Below, piece after piece: positions 11,849 to 26,070 of a DNA stretch of 64,000 nt (the first letter of the stretch is position 1; each line of letters starts with the position of its first letter). The notes under the pieces are model-generated. The model ran no database searches. It had not been told where the DNA came from and worked only from the letters and a program-made list of their open reading frames with translations. The DNA comes from Octopus sinensis (lineage: Eukaryota): NCBI RefSeq assembly GCF_006345805.1, contig NC_042997.1:142786001-142850000 (forward strand). The letters are read 5' to 3'. The position numbers and the translations under genes are program-made.

Positions 11849-13711
11849 ATATTTCTATATAATTTTCAGTATTCCTAGTTTTTACTTTGGTTCTTGCTTT
11901 TCATATCATTAAATGTTTTTAGATTAAAAAGTATAATTTGTGATCTCTATGTTCATAGATATATTCAACATATGAACAAATAATATACATGCAAATCAGC
12001 AATGGTTGGTTTCAATATATTCATCCACCCATTAATGCCTTTTACTCATTTTTAAAGTGACTCCCACATGCACACACACATTTCTCCCTCTGAAACACTG
12101 TATTTCATTTCTTTTGCACACTTTCATCTGTAATGTTTTTTTCATTTCATGTTTTCAAATCATTTGATGATTTTGAGGTTTTTCTATTAATTATTAATAC
12201 ATGAACTTTCTCACATATATATAAATGGAACAAAAATGCAATAGAGGGCATTAAAACATTCGGACAGATAGATGACACAAAGGCAGACAAGGGAAACAAC
12301 AATTAGAAGGACAGGCAAAAAAAGACGGGTCATTCTTGGCTTTCTTTCTTCAGTCAAGTACCAGAAGTCACGACCATTTCGGACAGTTGCACCTGAGATG
12401 GTTCAATCTGGTTGTTCCCAATAAAGTCTAAGCTAAGAGCTTTAGACCCCTTTGTAAGAAAGTTAGTGAATGTATATGGCAGTACATCCACATGTGTGAG
12501 TATAAAATACACCAAAATAATGCAATGGTACCCCTTAAGTAAGTTGGGGTTTTGTTAAAACAATTTATTCAGTTCCACACACTGTGTAAAAAGTTAGAAA
12601 TCTTTTCCCCTTTACAATTTATCTTTACACTTTAATTTTCTATAAAGTACAGACAACTGTGTTTGTTAAAATAAACTAAGTTAAAATGGGATCCTTTTTA
12701 AGCATTACATTAATTTAACAGTAACCTTTTCTGTCTTTTAATAACTTATTACACTCTTAATAATATTTATCAGTTTTTTTTTTTTAAATCAGTTTGACCA
12801 AACAAAAACCTAAAATCAAGTTTAGCTTAAGTTACACTATAAGATAAGTACTGTCAATATATGTTTTCATATTCTAGAACATTGATACCTAATATACAGA
12901 TACCTATTGAAGGATATTTGGTTCATTGTCAGCTGATAAATGGTAACGTTAGTTATAAATATGATCGTTAGTTCATAATTAATTTTTAGATGAGATATTT
13001 TATGATTAATTAGAGAAACATGAAAATATGTGACAGTTGATTTTTGACGGTTATGTCATCTAGTAGATGATATTTTGATAAATGCCTGACATTTCTCTCT
13101 TGCATATAACCACAGACTTTGATCATGGTTCACATATGTGTCTATAAAGTATTTAATGCAAAAAGTATTTTATGTGTTACAACATTTAGAAACTGTCAAC
13201 CTTCTTTCAGATTTTATTTTCCCAAGGTTGGAAGAATTTGTTTTTTTTTTTCTTCTCTTCTATTTCTTTCTTATTTTCATTCTCAGAATGATTTCTCACT
13301 GTTTCAGTTTGTCAATGTTTGGAATTTTCAAGTGAATGTGTTTTTTTATGTGTCTTACTTTTGTTGTGTTTTTTTTAAATTTTATTTTGATATTTTGTAT
13401 TTATTTTACTTTTTTACTTTTGTACATCAAAATAATCTTGACGCTGTGATTACAATGTGTTGCATGATATGTAATAATTTTACCATTGTTATTTTAGAAC
13501 TAAGAAATAATTCTTCTTTTTATTATTTTATTACTTTAACAATGTTTCTTCAATCTAGGAAAGATACACTGTAGTAGAACATTCATACTGAATTAATTAT
13601 AATAACTGATCTAATATTAATTGAAAGTAAATCGTTTACTTTGGTGCAAACTCAGTTTAGTACTTAGATTACTTTTCTTAATTTTTTTCAGAAAAAAAAT
13701 ATATATACATA

Positions 13712-13865
13712 GGCGCAGGAGTGGGTGTGTGGTAAGTAGCTTGCTTACCAGCCACATTGTTCCGGGTTCAGTCCCACTGCGTGGCACCTTAGGCAAGTGT
13801 CTTCTACTATAGCCTTGGGCTGACTAAAGCCTTGTGAGTGGATTTGGTAGACAGAAATTGAAGCC

Positions 13866-13914
<49 letters not shown>

Positions 13915-14130
13915 GTATATGTTTGTGCGTCTGTGTTTGTCCCCCCCCCCCTAACATCGTTTGATAACCGATGCTGATGTGTTTATGTCTCAATAACTTA
14001 GTGGTTCAGCAAAAGAGGCCAATAGAATAAGTACTAGGCTTACAAAGAATAAGTCCTATGGTCGATTTAATCGACTAAAGGTGGTGCTCCAGCATGGCCA
14101 CAGTCAAATGACTGAAACAAGTAAAAGAAT
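13712..14130 (+). mobile_element. tRNA-derived SINE family B (CORE-like segment, internal TA/TG tract)
   Basis: GGCGCAGGAGTGG..GGTTCAGTCCC head and CCAGCATGGCCACAGTCAAATGACTGAAAC tail. Copies at 22185-22590 (-), 35434-35832, 46243-46530 (-), 50046-50490, 60350-60710 and 62500-62885 (-). Confidence 0.85.
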
Positions 14131-14131
14131 A

Positions 14132-14172
<41 letters not shown>

Positions 14173-14519
14173 AAGAAAGTTAGGGGTTGTGGCTCCAACC
14201 CACTAAGGGATGATACTTATCCAATATACTGTTGGTATAATACCCAATTATTAATACACAAGTGTTTTTAATTGCAATGCAATAAACTTACTTATTGTAT
14301 TAAATGGATGAAGGTAAAGAAATATTTTACCATTAATTTATATTGCAAATAAGAAAATGGAGAAGCACATTAGTTGGTTCATCAACTTTAGGACATTAAA
14401 ATGTTGACTTATTTATTTATCAAAACGACAACCATAATAACATACATATAGTATATTATTCAATGCCTATGAGATAAGAATACAAGCAGTTATTAAAAAA
14501 CATGAATATAAATTATTAA

Positions 14520-14648
14520 AATCACTTACATCTGTTTCAGCCTATAGATAATAGCAACTCATCGTGCCTATATTAGTCAAGTGTATTGAGGTGATAGGCT
14601 GTTGAAAATGAGGTACTTATATATATCCCTAGGCCTCTTTAGAGATTA
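14520..14648 (-). ncRNA. Degenerate Penelope-type hammerhead
   Basis: Minus strand reads CTAAAGA-GGCCTA...TAGGCT-GAAAC-AGAT-GTA. Core G changed to A. Confidence 0.5.
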
Positions 14649-14762
14649 TAAAGTACAATCATAAAAATATAAATATATATATGAAACAAAATACATGCAC
14701 ATTTTAATATATATATATATATATGTGTATATATGTATATATATATGTATGTATATATATAT

Positions 14763-14798
<36 letters not shown>

Positions 14799-15754
14799 AA
14801 CATATACATATATGCCCAAAGTGCCATGCAGTAAGATTGAATTAAAAATCACGTGATTGAGAAGGAAAGAACTTCTTAACCACACATCCATGCCTGTGCC
14901 ACTAGAGATTTATAAATATATTTTATGCTTATTGAATATCTTTGTAAGTCATTAATATATCAACTGCAATAAACTTCATTCAGATGCACGTTTAATTGAC
15001 CAAATTTTCATTTAATAAGTGTTGAGTGAAAACCCTTTTCTAAAACAGTTATCCTTACACTGACTACTAGATCACATTATATTTTTTTTACTGACAGAAT
15101 TATTTTCAGATATTTCCAATTATCATTATTCATTATATATTCTATCTAAAGTTTAACCATATCCATTTTAGTATGTTAGACCTTGAGGTTTAAATATAAA
15201 TGTATTATTGTATGGGTTATGATTTTCACTCATTGCTCCTTCCCGGACTAAACAAGAAAGGATTTTCATCATTGCTCCATGCAATTACTTCATTAGATCT
15301 TAATGACTTTCAATTAAGAACACACACAAGTGAAGAAAATTGTTTTTCTTTTACATTTGTTTTTATTTTTTCTAATCAGAATTTTCCTCTTTCAAGGTAA
15401 AATAAAGCTGAAGTTTTATATCTCCTAACTGCCATTAAAAGCTTTCCTTTTAGTTTTTTCTATATTTTCGCAAGATATTGAAATATAAATAATCAATGTT
15501 GATATGTATTAATCGTACCTTGATATTTGTATTTTCCTAATTGCCATTCTTTAGTTTTCAGATAAAGAAACACGTGTGTTTGCTTAAAAATTTTTCTTTT
15601 ATTTTATTCATGATTGTAATTTCTTTTTAAAATAGATAAAAAAAATTTTTTAAATAAATTCTTTGTGAAGTAAGTATCTACCAACGCAAATTACTCTGCC
15701 TCAGTGTATTAATATACACACATATATGTGTGTTTGTGTATGTGTATGTATATA

Positions 15755-15806
<52 letters not shown>

Positions 15807-16906
15807 ATGTGTGTGTGTGTGTGTGTGTGTAACATTTTACTTTACAGATCTAAAAGAAATGTTTTTAGGCTCTTTTAGTTTTAAGGACACATAATGTTGC
15901 CTATGCAAAATCTACTGTCATGCGTGCATCCATCTTTTTAAATGCATTGTTTAGCTTGAAATACAAGTTTAGTTAAAGTAGTATAATTAGAACCAAGTAG
16001 TGTATTTTGTTTATCAGAATCCTCATCATCTTATACCCTTTCCATTATATTTGTTGTTCCATCTTATCTTATCCATAACACATCTTTCTCATTAGTTTCT
16101 CTTAAATCAGACTACTTTATGATACTTGTATATTTAGTTCACCACACAATTTCATCATCAAAATCTCTGTATTGCATGTCTTTTCTCAAAAATAATTTCT
16201 CATGTTTTTAATTACTATTGATCATATCAATTTATCTTCTAAACTCAGACTGTTTCTTGATAGCAGAATTTTTTAATAGTTTTTTTTTTGTCTCTATTTC
16301 TTTGTTGTTGTTTTGTTTTTTGTTTTTGTTTTTTGTTTTTGTTTTTTAACACCAGTTGTCTAACAAATGTTTTTACAATAATTCTTTAGATCTTCAGGTT
16401 ATGTTTACTTGCGGTCTGCAAAATAGCTAACCACATGACAAAAACTGTCTCTTAACTGATGGCTATCAGACACACTAATAAAGATAATATTAAATTTGCT
16501 AAGTATTTTTATTTCATAGAATAACACTATATAATAATAACAACACTATACTAATAATAAAATACATGGTATACAGGAGTATTGTCAATTAGTATTCAGA
16601 CACAATTTGATATGGTCAAATCATGATCTGATCTGAAGTTATGGCCTCAGAGAACTCTAACTTCAGAAGTTAATTAGATTTTGCTTTTAACTCTGCTAAC
16701 AAACCATTCCATTACTTTGTGGAATTTTTTTTTCAGGATTTAGCTACTATAGAAGTCATATATCTTAATAACTGCACTCTATTTCCTTCTCTCTTTCACT
16801 CTCTCTCTCTCTCTCTCTCCCTCTCTCTCTCCATATATATGTGTGTGTATACACATATATATATATATATGTATGTATATAATACACACACACACACACA
16901 CACACT

Positions 16907-16942
<36 letters not shown>

Positions 16943-18325
16943 TAGAGAGAGAAAGAAATAGATCAATGGACGGACACACATAATTACTATCAGATAACTT
17001 ACAAAGCCAGGCAGATAATCTACTGGAGCAGTTAGTGTGGCTTCACCTAGAAAAAAATGAGAAAAACAAAGTTTAATCATTAGAGAAAAAAATACAATCT
17101 GAGACCTAATGTTTTGTAGTTATTCCCAAGTTTATTACTGATGTTAATGAAGTGAAATACCTTCAACTAGGAATTGGTTTCCTGGGAGGATAAGGAAGAT
17201 AAAGCTACAGAAAGATTGATATACACATGGAAGAAGGAAAAACTAGCAGTACTAATAGTAGTAGTATTTCATGTATTCATTCTTTTTACTTCCATTTTTC
17301 CATGCTGGCATGGGTTGGACAGGTACTTTCTTAAGGTAGTATTTTTTGGCCAGATGCACTTATCTATTGAACAAGGGTCCTTTTTTTTATATTGTATAAC
17401 ACAAAGCTTCAAAATAGCTGAGCTACAGGATATATTGTTCCTTGGGAATTTAAATATGACATCACTGGCCTTTACTCAGACATGTGAAAAAACTAAAGTG
17501 AATGCACTCGTACACACAAACGTGTGCGAGCACTTACATATACATGTATGTTTGATGCTGTTTCTATCAGGTAATTGCACCCACAAGTTACTGGTTATCT
17601 CTAATCTGTAGCTGTTGCTTGTCCTATGTACAACATTGTTGGATTGAACTTGAGACTACATGGTTGTGAAGCAAGCTTCTTAACCATTCAGCCATGCCTG
17701 TGCCCAACAACAATAATAATTATTTGAAATTTTGGCACAAGATTAGTCATTTTGAGGGGAGAGGCGAGTCAATTACATTGACCCCAATACTTGACTGGTA
17801 CTTATTTTGTTGATTCTGAAAGGATGAAGGACAAAATTAACCTTGGCTGTATTTGAACTCAGAATGTGATGGCTCAGAACAAATACTGTGAAACATTTTT
17901 CCAACACTCTAATGTTTCTACCAGCTCACCATCTTAACACTGAAATTTTGAGGGGAGAGGTTAAGTCAGTTACATTGACCCCAGTACTCAACTGGTACTT
18001 AATTTATTGATGCCAAAAGGATGAAAGGCAAAATCAATCTCGGTGGAATTTGAACTCAGTACATAGCAATGGGAGAAATACCACTAAGCATTTTGCCCAG
18101 CATGCTAACGATTCTGCCAGCTCGCTGCCTTAACAACAACAACAATAATAATAATGATAATTCTTTCAATATAGGCACATGGTCTGAAACTTTGTGGGAG
18201 GAGATTAGTCAATTACAACAACCCTAGTGCTTCACTGATACTTATTTTATTGACCCTGGGTAGATAAAGGACAAAGTCAACCTAGGCAGAATCTGAACAT
18301 AACCAGTTGGAACCTTAATAATAAT

Positions 18326-18656
18326 AACGAGCACTCAGAGAGCACAAACCTCTGCCAAGGCAACACCAATGTCCTCTCAATGATTAGCCAGAGATGATTT
18401 TTAAAATGAGATTGCTCTCACAATTGAGAATACTAAAAATGAACCTGACAGCTCTCAAAAATTAAGTAAAAAAAAACCAGAAAAAAAATCTTGAATCCTT
18501 GTCTGGTACTGGATCGACCCCAAAATCTAATCAGTTTGTGCCAGTCACGAGGCCAAACATCCCTGAAAGTTTCATCCGAATCCATCCAGTGGTTCTTGAG
18601 ATAAACAAACAAACACAACTGTAAACAATACCGCCACCTTCGCTAAGGCAGAGGTA
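18326..18656. mobile_element. Non-autonomous Helentron/DINE-1-like element in (AAT)n
   Basis: Subterminal inverted motif ACCTCTGCC / GGCAGAGGT, internal (AAAC)n, AAT repeats on both sides. Family assigned from architecture only. Confidence 0.45.
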
Positions 18657-20497
18657 ATAATAATGATGATGATAATAATAATAATGATAATAATAATAAT
18701 AATAATGATAGGCTGGGGATGGAATGCAGTTGCAGTAGCAGCTATAACATCCATTTTGTGTCATTGAAGCATTTTTTTCTTTATTCGGCTAAAGTTGAAA
18801 TAAAATCACTATGAACTAGAGGCTGCAAGTCTGGGAAGACAGCATCTCGTGATGTGTTAATGCTATGATAGACTTAATTCCTTCATAGCAGTTCAAACTG
18901 CTATGAGGTGTAGGTAGCATCTTGTGTAAAAAGACAATTTCTCTCTTACTTAAATACACATAAATTGTCAAACTTGAGGGAGAAGATCCTATGATATCAG
19001 CCCTGGCGAAATCCTTAGGAAACATTATATTAGATTAAAACTCATTAAAATTAAACATTTAGATATACAAAACTATGCCTGTTGAGTACTGACCTTGCTA
19101 ACATTAACCAGATCTTGAGGTGCAAAAGTTAAGAGTACCACCTTTCCTCACAATTAAAATACGATAAAAGTCTGTGCTAATGCACGCAACAGTTATACTA
19201 GCAGTATTAGTAGAAGTAGTTGTAAAAGTACAGATACAGTTGTACTGGCAACTATAATACTGTAACATATTAATTTGCAAAAAAAAAGAAGAAAAATATC
19301 CTTTTTCTCTATCTCTAAGCTTATCAGTGGAATTGGTAAAAGTGAACAATTTTGTTAATCTAGTAGACATTTACATACACGCACACACACACACATATAT
19401 ACAAGTCAACCACATTTGTGTATGTATATATATACATACATACCTACATACATACATACGTATAATAATAAGGATCCTTGAGAGAATTGGGTACTTAAAT
19501 AATATGCACCAGGTAGGGTTGGATTAACCTGTGGTTACCACCCATGGTTGATTAAATATCCAGTAGAATGTTCAGGTTGTGCACACACAGAAAACCACTC
19601 CTATGAGTATTTAGTACCTAGGGGCTGGTCCAAAGCACATGTTGCATTGATCATACATTGTTTGGTATACTCTAGGGTGTCCGACATATCATGAATCTCT
19701 ATGGTGTAGTGTAAGTAAATGAATAATAACAGATGATGGATAAAGGTCAATATCCATCGTCTGTTATTCATTTGCTTATATATATATATAAATATATATA
19801 TATATGTGTGTGTGTGTTTATACATACATAAGCTCACTTATTTTATTCTCATTCCCAATGATATTTTACAAAATGTTAGCATGTTTTTTTTTTCTGTAAA
19901 ACAATAGTTTTTTTTTGTCTTGTTTTTTTTCCTTGAAAGTTGTTTTGGTATTAAAACATCCACTTAATTACAGTTGGAATCCAGAAGTATGGCTTCTCTG
20001 ATCCTGTGAACATATATATATACATTTACATATATATATGTGTGTGTATATATATATATGTGTGTGTTTGTATATAAACATATATATATATATAATACAA
20101 ATATATATATGTTTATATTCTGAAATTTTACATTGTCTTTGCATGCTAAACATTGAATTGCATGTTACTTTTAGTCTTAATTTTGATGTAGCAGAATGAA
20201 TAGGTCTTGAATTGGAAAATATAGTAGATTCACTAACATCATTTTCAATTATATACCTTAAATACATGTGTGTCTATGTTCATATATTATGTGTACATGT
20301 GTTTATACACATGTACTTATACATATATACATGTACACATATATACTAAACACACACACATACATACCCATATATACACACATACGCACAAACATACTCA
20401 AACAAGAACCACGCAATCATATATACATGCATACAAACATGCACACATATATATATAAATGTATTTTGTCTTATTTTTTTCCCTTGTATTCTTTCAG

Positions 20498-20750
20498 ACA
20501 TGTTACTCGAGAAAGGTCACTAATGAAAACCTTGTCATCAGCCAGTTTCACATCTGCTAGTTCTGTGACTAATTTAACTCGAGCTGGCCATCGTGGTAGT
20601 AATGCTGTACCAAATCTTCATGACCAGTCATCACACAATGTCCATACTCCTACAGGACTGACAGACATGAGTGGCTCTAAGCTTCCAGAAACATCTGTTG
20701 GGGAATATACAAAATTAGAAATGGCCAAAGTCGATATTGATAATAATATG
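20498..20750 (+). CDS. SLC4A2: SLC4 AE-like exon, Ser/Thr-rich cytoplasmic segment (HVTRERSL...VDIDNNM)
   Basis: TTTCAG acceptor and ATG|GTAAGA donor. 253 nt open; phase 0 end matches the next exon. Confidence 0.85.
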
Positions 20751-21068
20751 GTAAGAAATATTTTTCTTTATGTATTTGTTATTGTTTAGCACCAGGATTA
20801 CCTTTGATCCAGCATATCTATGATCAAAAATATTTCAGACATATATGTCTTGTGTGTGTGTGTTGTGGCAAGTGTCACTGACACTCCTGGCAGATTGGAG
20901 AATAGACTAGCCAAACTCTTATATAAGAGTAGAGGTTATTAGCAGTCAAGAGAGAACATCTTTGGTAGTCTCATGAAGTATGCCATAATTTATCTATACC
21001 AACCTGTGGCAGGATATAAAAGTTTGTGTTTCCTACATCATGGATTACCTTGTCCAATATATACACAC

Positions 21069-21385
21069 GTGGAGGCACAATGTCTCAGTGGTTAGGGCAG
21101 CAACTCGTGGACAGAGAATCTCTGTTTCGATTCCCAGACCGGGCGTTGTGTGTGTTTATTGAACGAAAACACCTAAAGCTCCACGAGGCTCCGGCAGGGG
21201 ATGGTGGCGACCCCTGTTGTTTTCTTTCGCCCCAACTTTCTCTCACTCTTTCTTCCTGTTTCTTGAGTAATGCTGCGATGGACTGGCATCCCGTCCAGCT
21301 GGGAGGAACACATATGTCATAGAAACCGGGAAACTGGACCCATGAGCCTGGCTAGGCTTGAAAAGGGCGCATAAATAAAAAAAAT
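21069..21385 (+). mobile_element. tRNA-derived SINE with GATGGACTGGCATCCCGTCCAG domain and A-rich tail
   Basis: A box TGTCTCAGTGG, B box GTTTCGATTCC. Confidence 0.7.
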
Positions 21386-22401
21386 ATATATATACGCACA
21401 CATTGTGGTGAGCTGGCAGAATTGTTAGCATGCCAGGGAAAACGCTTAGCATTCTTTCATCTATCTTTATGTTCTTGGTTTAAATGCTGCCAAGGTTGAC
21501 TTTGCCTTTCACCGTTACAAGGTCAATAAAATAAGTACTAGTTGAGCATTGTGGTCACCTAAACTGACTTAGCCCCTCTCTCAAAATTGCTGACCTTATG
21601 TCAAACTTTGAAACCAATATATATATATATATATATATATACTCACACAGACACACACACACACACACACACACGCATGTGTATACAAACGTATGTATGT
21701 ATCGTTATCATCATTTTAATATCCATGTCTCTGTAATTACATGGGTCGGACTGAGTTTATTGAAGAAAATTTTCTATGGCCAGGTGTTCGTCCTGTTGCC
21801 AGGACGAACACCTGGTCATAGAGATGTTTCCCAGCGAGATAATATTTTCCCATGACCAGATATGTCTTTCACATAATATTGGAAATAAATGACACTGCTT
21901 GTATTTCAATAACACTCATCTACAACTATCACAATGTCACGACAGGGAAATACAAACACACACATTCTCACACTCACACACTTAAACACACACACACACA
22001 CACAAATACTATGGGTTTCTTTCACTTTCCATTAACCAAATTCATTCACAAGGCTTTGGTCACTGTGGAAATATAGTAGAAAACACTTGCCTAAAGTGCC
22101 ATGCTGTAGAACTGAACCTGAAATTATATAGTTTGATGCAAACTTCTCAACCACATAGTCTGTGTATGTACATATATATATATTTACTCTTTTACTTGTT
22201 TCAGTCATTTGACTGCAGCCATGCTGGAGCACCACCTTTAATTGAACAAATCAACCCCAGAACTTATCCTTTGTAAGCCTAGTACTTATTCCATCACTCT
22301 CTTTTGCCAAACCGCCAGGTTATGGGGGTGTAAGCACACCAACATCTGTTGCCAAGCAATGGTGGGGGGGACAAACACAGACACACAAATACATACATAC
22401 A

Positions 22402-22432
<31 letters not shown>

Positions 22433-22786
22433 GACAGGATTCTTTCAGTTTCCATCTACCAAATCCACTCACAAGGCTTTGGTCAACCCGATACTATAGT
22501 AGAAGACACTTCCCCAAGGTGCCATGCAGTGGGACTGAAATTAGAACCATGTGGTTGGAAGCAAGCTTCTAACCACATATCCACACCTGTGCCTGTATGT
22601 ATGTATATATATATATAGATATAAAATTCTTAATGTCTACTTTAACATGCTTACATGGATCACATTAAAATGAGGAGTGGCTATATGGTAAGAAGCTTGC
22701 TTCCCAACAATATGGTTTCAGGTTCAGTCCCACTGTGTCTGTGTTCTCTATTACACTCACCTTCTTATACTTTGAGAGTACATTCT

Positions 22787-23682
22787 TCTTTCTTCTCTTC
22801 TTGTCTTGAGACAGCATTCACCCAGGGTGGGTTGAGCTGGATTCATTCATCCCCAATGCTGCATCTCTCACAAACACCGACCAGGCCTGGCGATTTGAGG
22901 CTAACGACTGAATGATTTCCAACCACTCTCTATTCCAGCAGCGAACGCCATAGAGATGAGGGCCTAGGTTGGGTTCCAGATCAGCCTTGACCGTCATCAG
23001 CCAGGTTTTTCGTTGTCCACCACATCGTTTTCGCCAGCTTTGAAGGGGAGCTGGGGCAATTGCTTCGTAGATGAATTCTCCTGGTTGACGACAGAGAGCA
23101 TGACCCAGCCAATGCAGATGTCTCGTTAGGATGACTTGTTGGTGGGAGGTGATTTTGCAATGGTGTCACACCAAATTGTTGGAGACAAAGTGATGCCATC
23201 GGACCCGAAGGATGTGGCATAGACAGAGATGATCGAAGGACTCTAGTTGCTTAATATCTTCCACCCTCATCGGCCATGACTCTCTGCCATAGAGGAGAAT
23301 CGTTCGCACTAGTGCTTGGTAGATCCGTACTTTGGTGGTGCGTCGGATCTCAGATCTTGACCAGAGTTGTGCATTGAGTTGGTTGAAGGCTTGGTGAGCG
23401 AGGTCGATTCATGTTTTAATGTCAGCCTCACCTTGACCTGTGGCTGTAATGATGGCACCAAGGTATTTGAAACTCTCAACCTCTTCAAGAATATTACCAT
23501 TGAGGACAATAGGTGTTTTGTCTGGTGGGGCGAAGCCGGTTGTGAGGATTTTGGTCTTCGAGGCATTGACTTTCATACCAATCTGCGATGCAACACACTG
23601 GAGCTCATTGATAGCAAATTGGACGTCAGCAAATGTTTCGCTGTTCACTACATTTACCATACCCCACTGACGAATCATTTGC
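22787..23682 (-). mobile_element. 5'-truncated RTE-like LINE, frameshifted
   Basis: IGMKVNASKTK..EEVESFKYLG..ILLYG motifs. (AAG)-rich tail. TSD TGAGAGTACA(T/C)TCT at 22773 and 23683. Confidence 0.85.
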
Positions 23683-25439
23683 TGAGAGTACACTCTGGCC
23701 CCTCATCACCACCATCTTTGTCTCTCTTTCCAGCTACTCTCACCAACCCTTATATAATGTGTAGTAGCCTGATCTCCTCTATAAGCAAACACCTCTTCCT
23801 CTACCTCTATCATACTTTAGCCTCTCACCACCTGGCATAAATCTACCTCCCTCTCTGTTACACCACCCCCACTCAGTTAAGAAGGCTTTTCTGTCTGATT
23901 AACTGCTTGGTGACCTCACTACTGCCAATGCCACAAAATAAAAAAACAACCAGTATCCTGTGTAATGTGGTTGGCATTAGGAAGAGTGGTAAAGATTGTT
24001 TGCCAACATAACATGGCAGTCCTGGTTTAGGACGAATGCTGACAAACAATCTTTACTACAAAGTACTGTTGCTGAATATCTCGTGTTGTAAGATTTAAGA
24101 ATAGTAATTTTTTAATTAGGAAGAGTATCCAGCTCTTAGAAACCATAGAAACCTTGCCCAAGCAAACATTGGTGCTCAATGCAACCCTCAGTCCTCTGGT
24201 TTGTCAGAGCCTGTTGAACCATCCAACACATGCTTGCAGATGCTAAACACCGTTGGTGGTGATACATGTTTGTGTATATGTGTAGCTACATACAAACATA
24301 CATATTTGCACAAACACAAACATGCATGCATAAGTATCTATGTACATACATATATGCAGGCATGCACATGCATACATACACACAATGAATCTAATGTATT
24401 CTTCTTCATTTAAAGTAGTAGCATGATTTGAAGGAAATTTGGCTGTTATTTCTAGTAGAGCTAACAACCAGATTGAGGCTCCCTTGTTAGCTCATGTTTT
24501 CTTTGTATTAATTGTTTTAAGAATCTTCATAGTTCTCTCTTTAATGTTTTGTTAATAAGTGTAGATATAAACTCTACGGTTATGCAGTTCTGGGGTTTGA
24601 TCCCACTGTACTGCACCTTGAACAAATATCTTCTGCTGTAGCCTTCTGTTGATCATGCTTTGTGAGCAGAATTTGGAAATTGTGTGGAAGCCTGTCATGT
24701 GTGTGCTTTTGTCTTTGTCTGAATGGGGATCGCTGTATTTGTGTATAAATCTGAAAAAAAACCTCTTTGGAACTGAGTGTGTCTCTTGACATGGAAAAGT
24801 GGTTTAATCATTCAATAGAATAGATTCCAGACTAAAATATGACCTGGGTCAAAATGATTGACTAAAACTTATTAAAATAGTACCCCAGTTTGGTCACAGT
24901 TGAATGAATGGAGCCAAAATACAAATTTATAACATTGAAGGTTGACTTTGGAATATTTGTTGACCTGTTATGATTTTTTTTCTTTCTTTTCTCTTTATCA
25001 CTAAATCTCACAAGGCTGGTTACCAGATTTCCATGATGCACAAGTGACTGAGATCCTAACATTCCCACTGAACAGGACACTAGTCACCTGCAGGGTTCAA
25101 AGCCAGCATTTTTTAGGGGATGGGGCAACTTTATTACTTGATTGGTACTTTATTTTATCAACCCTGAAGGAATGAAAAGCTTTGATGACTTCAGCAAGAT
25201 TTGAACTCAGAACGTAAAATACTGGAAATTATTAAATCAACCCTAGTACATGACTAGTACTTTATTTTATCATATCCCAAAGGATGAAAGGCAATCCTTG
25301 GTGGGATTTGAACTCCGTGTGTAAAGGTTCAGACTATATAACATGAGGCACTTTTTCTGATGCTCTAATGATTCTGCCAACTTCCACCCTTTAAAATATT
25401 TCTCTTTAATTTATGAACATGACCAAATAATTTTTTTTA

Positions 25440-26070
25440 AAGGAAAGTTACATTGATTGTGCCGACAATGTTATATGGTGCAGAGACGTAGCGGCTGAGG
25501 GAGGCAGAAAGGAGGTGATTAGATGTGTTTGAGATGAGATGTTTGAGGGCTATGGTTGGTGTAACACAGATGGACAGGATTAGGAATGAGGTGGGGCAAA
25601 GGCAAGCAGGAATGAGAGAAAAACTAACAACCAAAATGGATAGATGAATGTTGAGGTGGTTTGGCCACATGAATGAGAAGCAGATGGTAAGGAGGGTGAT
25701 GAAGGCTGAAGTGGTAAGCAGCAGAACCAGAAGCAGATCTCGGTTTGTGCTGATGGATGGTTGGAGTAAGGAATGCTTTGGTGGTTATAGGTGTTGAAAT
25801 GAGAGAGACAAGAGAGTTTATAAATGATAGGAAAGCTTGGAGAGTGTTTGTGGACGGATGAGTGAATTTGATGTTGCTCAAAGGGGTACAAAACTAGCAT
25901 GATGTGACAGGGGTAAACCAACATATGCTGTCGAGCCCTGCTACTGATATTGGGGGTTGTGTTCTATGCCTTGACCCAAACATAGAATGGGACTCATCTC
26001 TTTGAGTTGGGAAATAAATGGAATGCTTGGTGTGTGTCTTGTGACTACCCCTCCTATAAAAAATGGGGAA
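25440..26070 (+). mobile_element. RTE-like LINE 3' fragment with stops
   Basis: Translates LIVPTMLYGAET*RLREAERR*LDVFEMRCLRAMVGVTQMDRIRNE. Confidence 0.75.

Noticed and set aside
12240-12480. Minus-strand CTGAAGA and CGAAA motifs
   Set aside because: Could not assemble them into a hammerhead fold.
13559-13570. Possible 12-nt phase-2 microexon (CTAG|GAAAGATACACT|GTAGTA)
   Set aside because: Weak donor and no other support; expected by chance.
13119-13574. 151-aa hydrophobic ORF
   Set aside because: Phe-rich product of T-rich intron sequence, with no motif.
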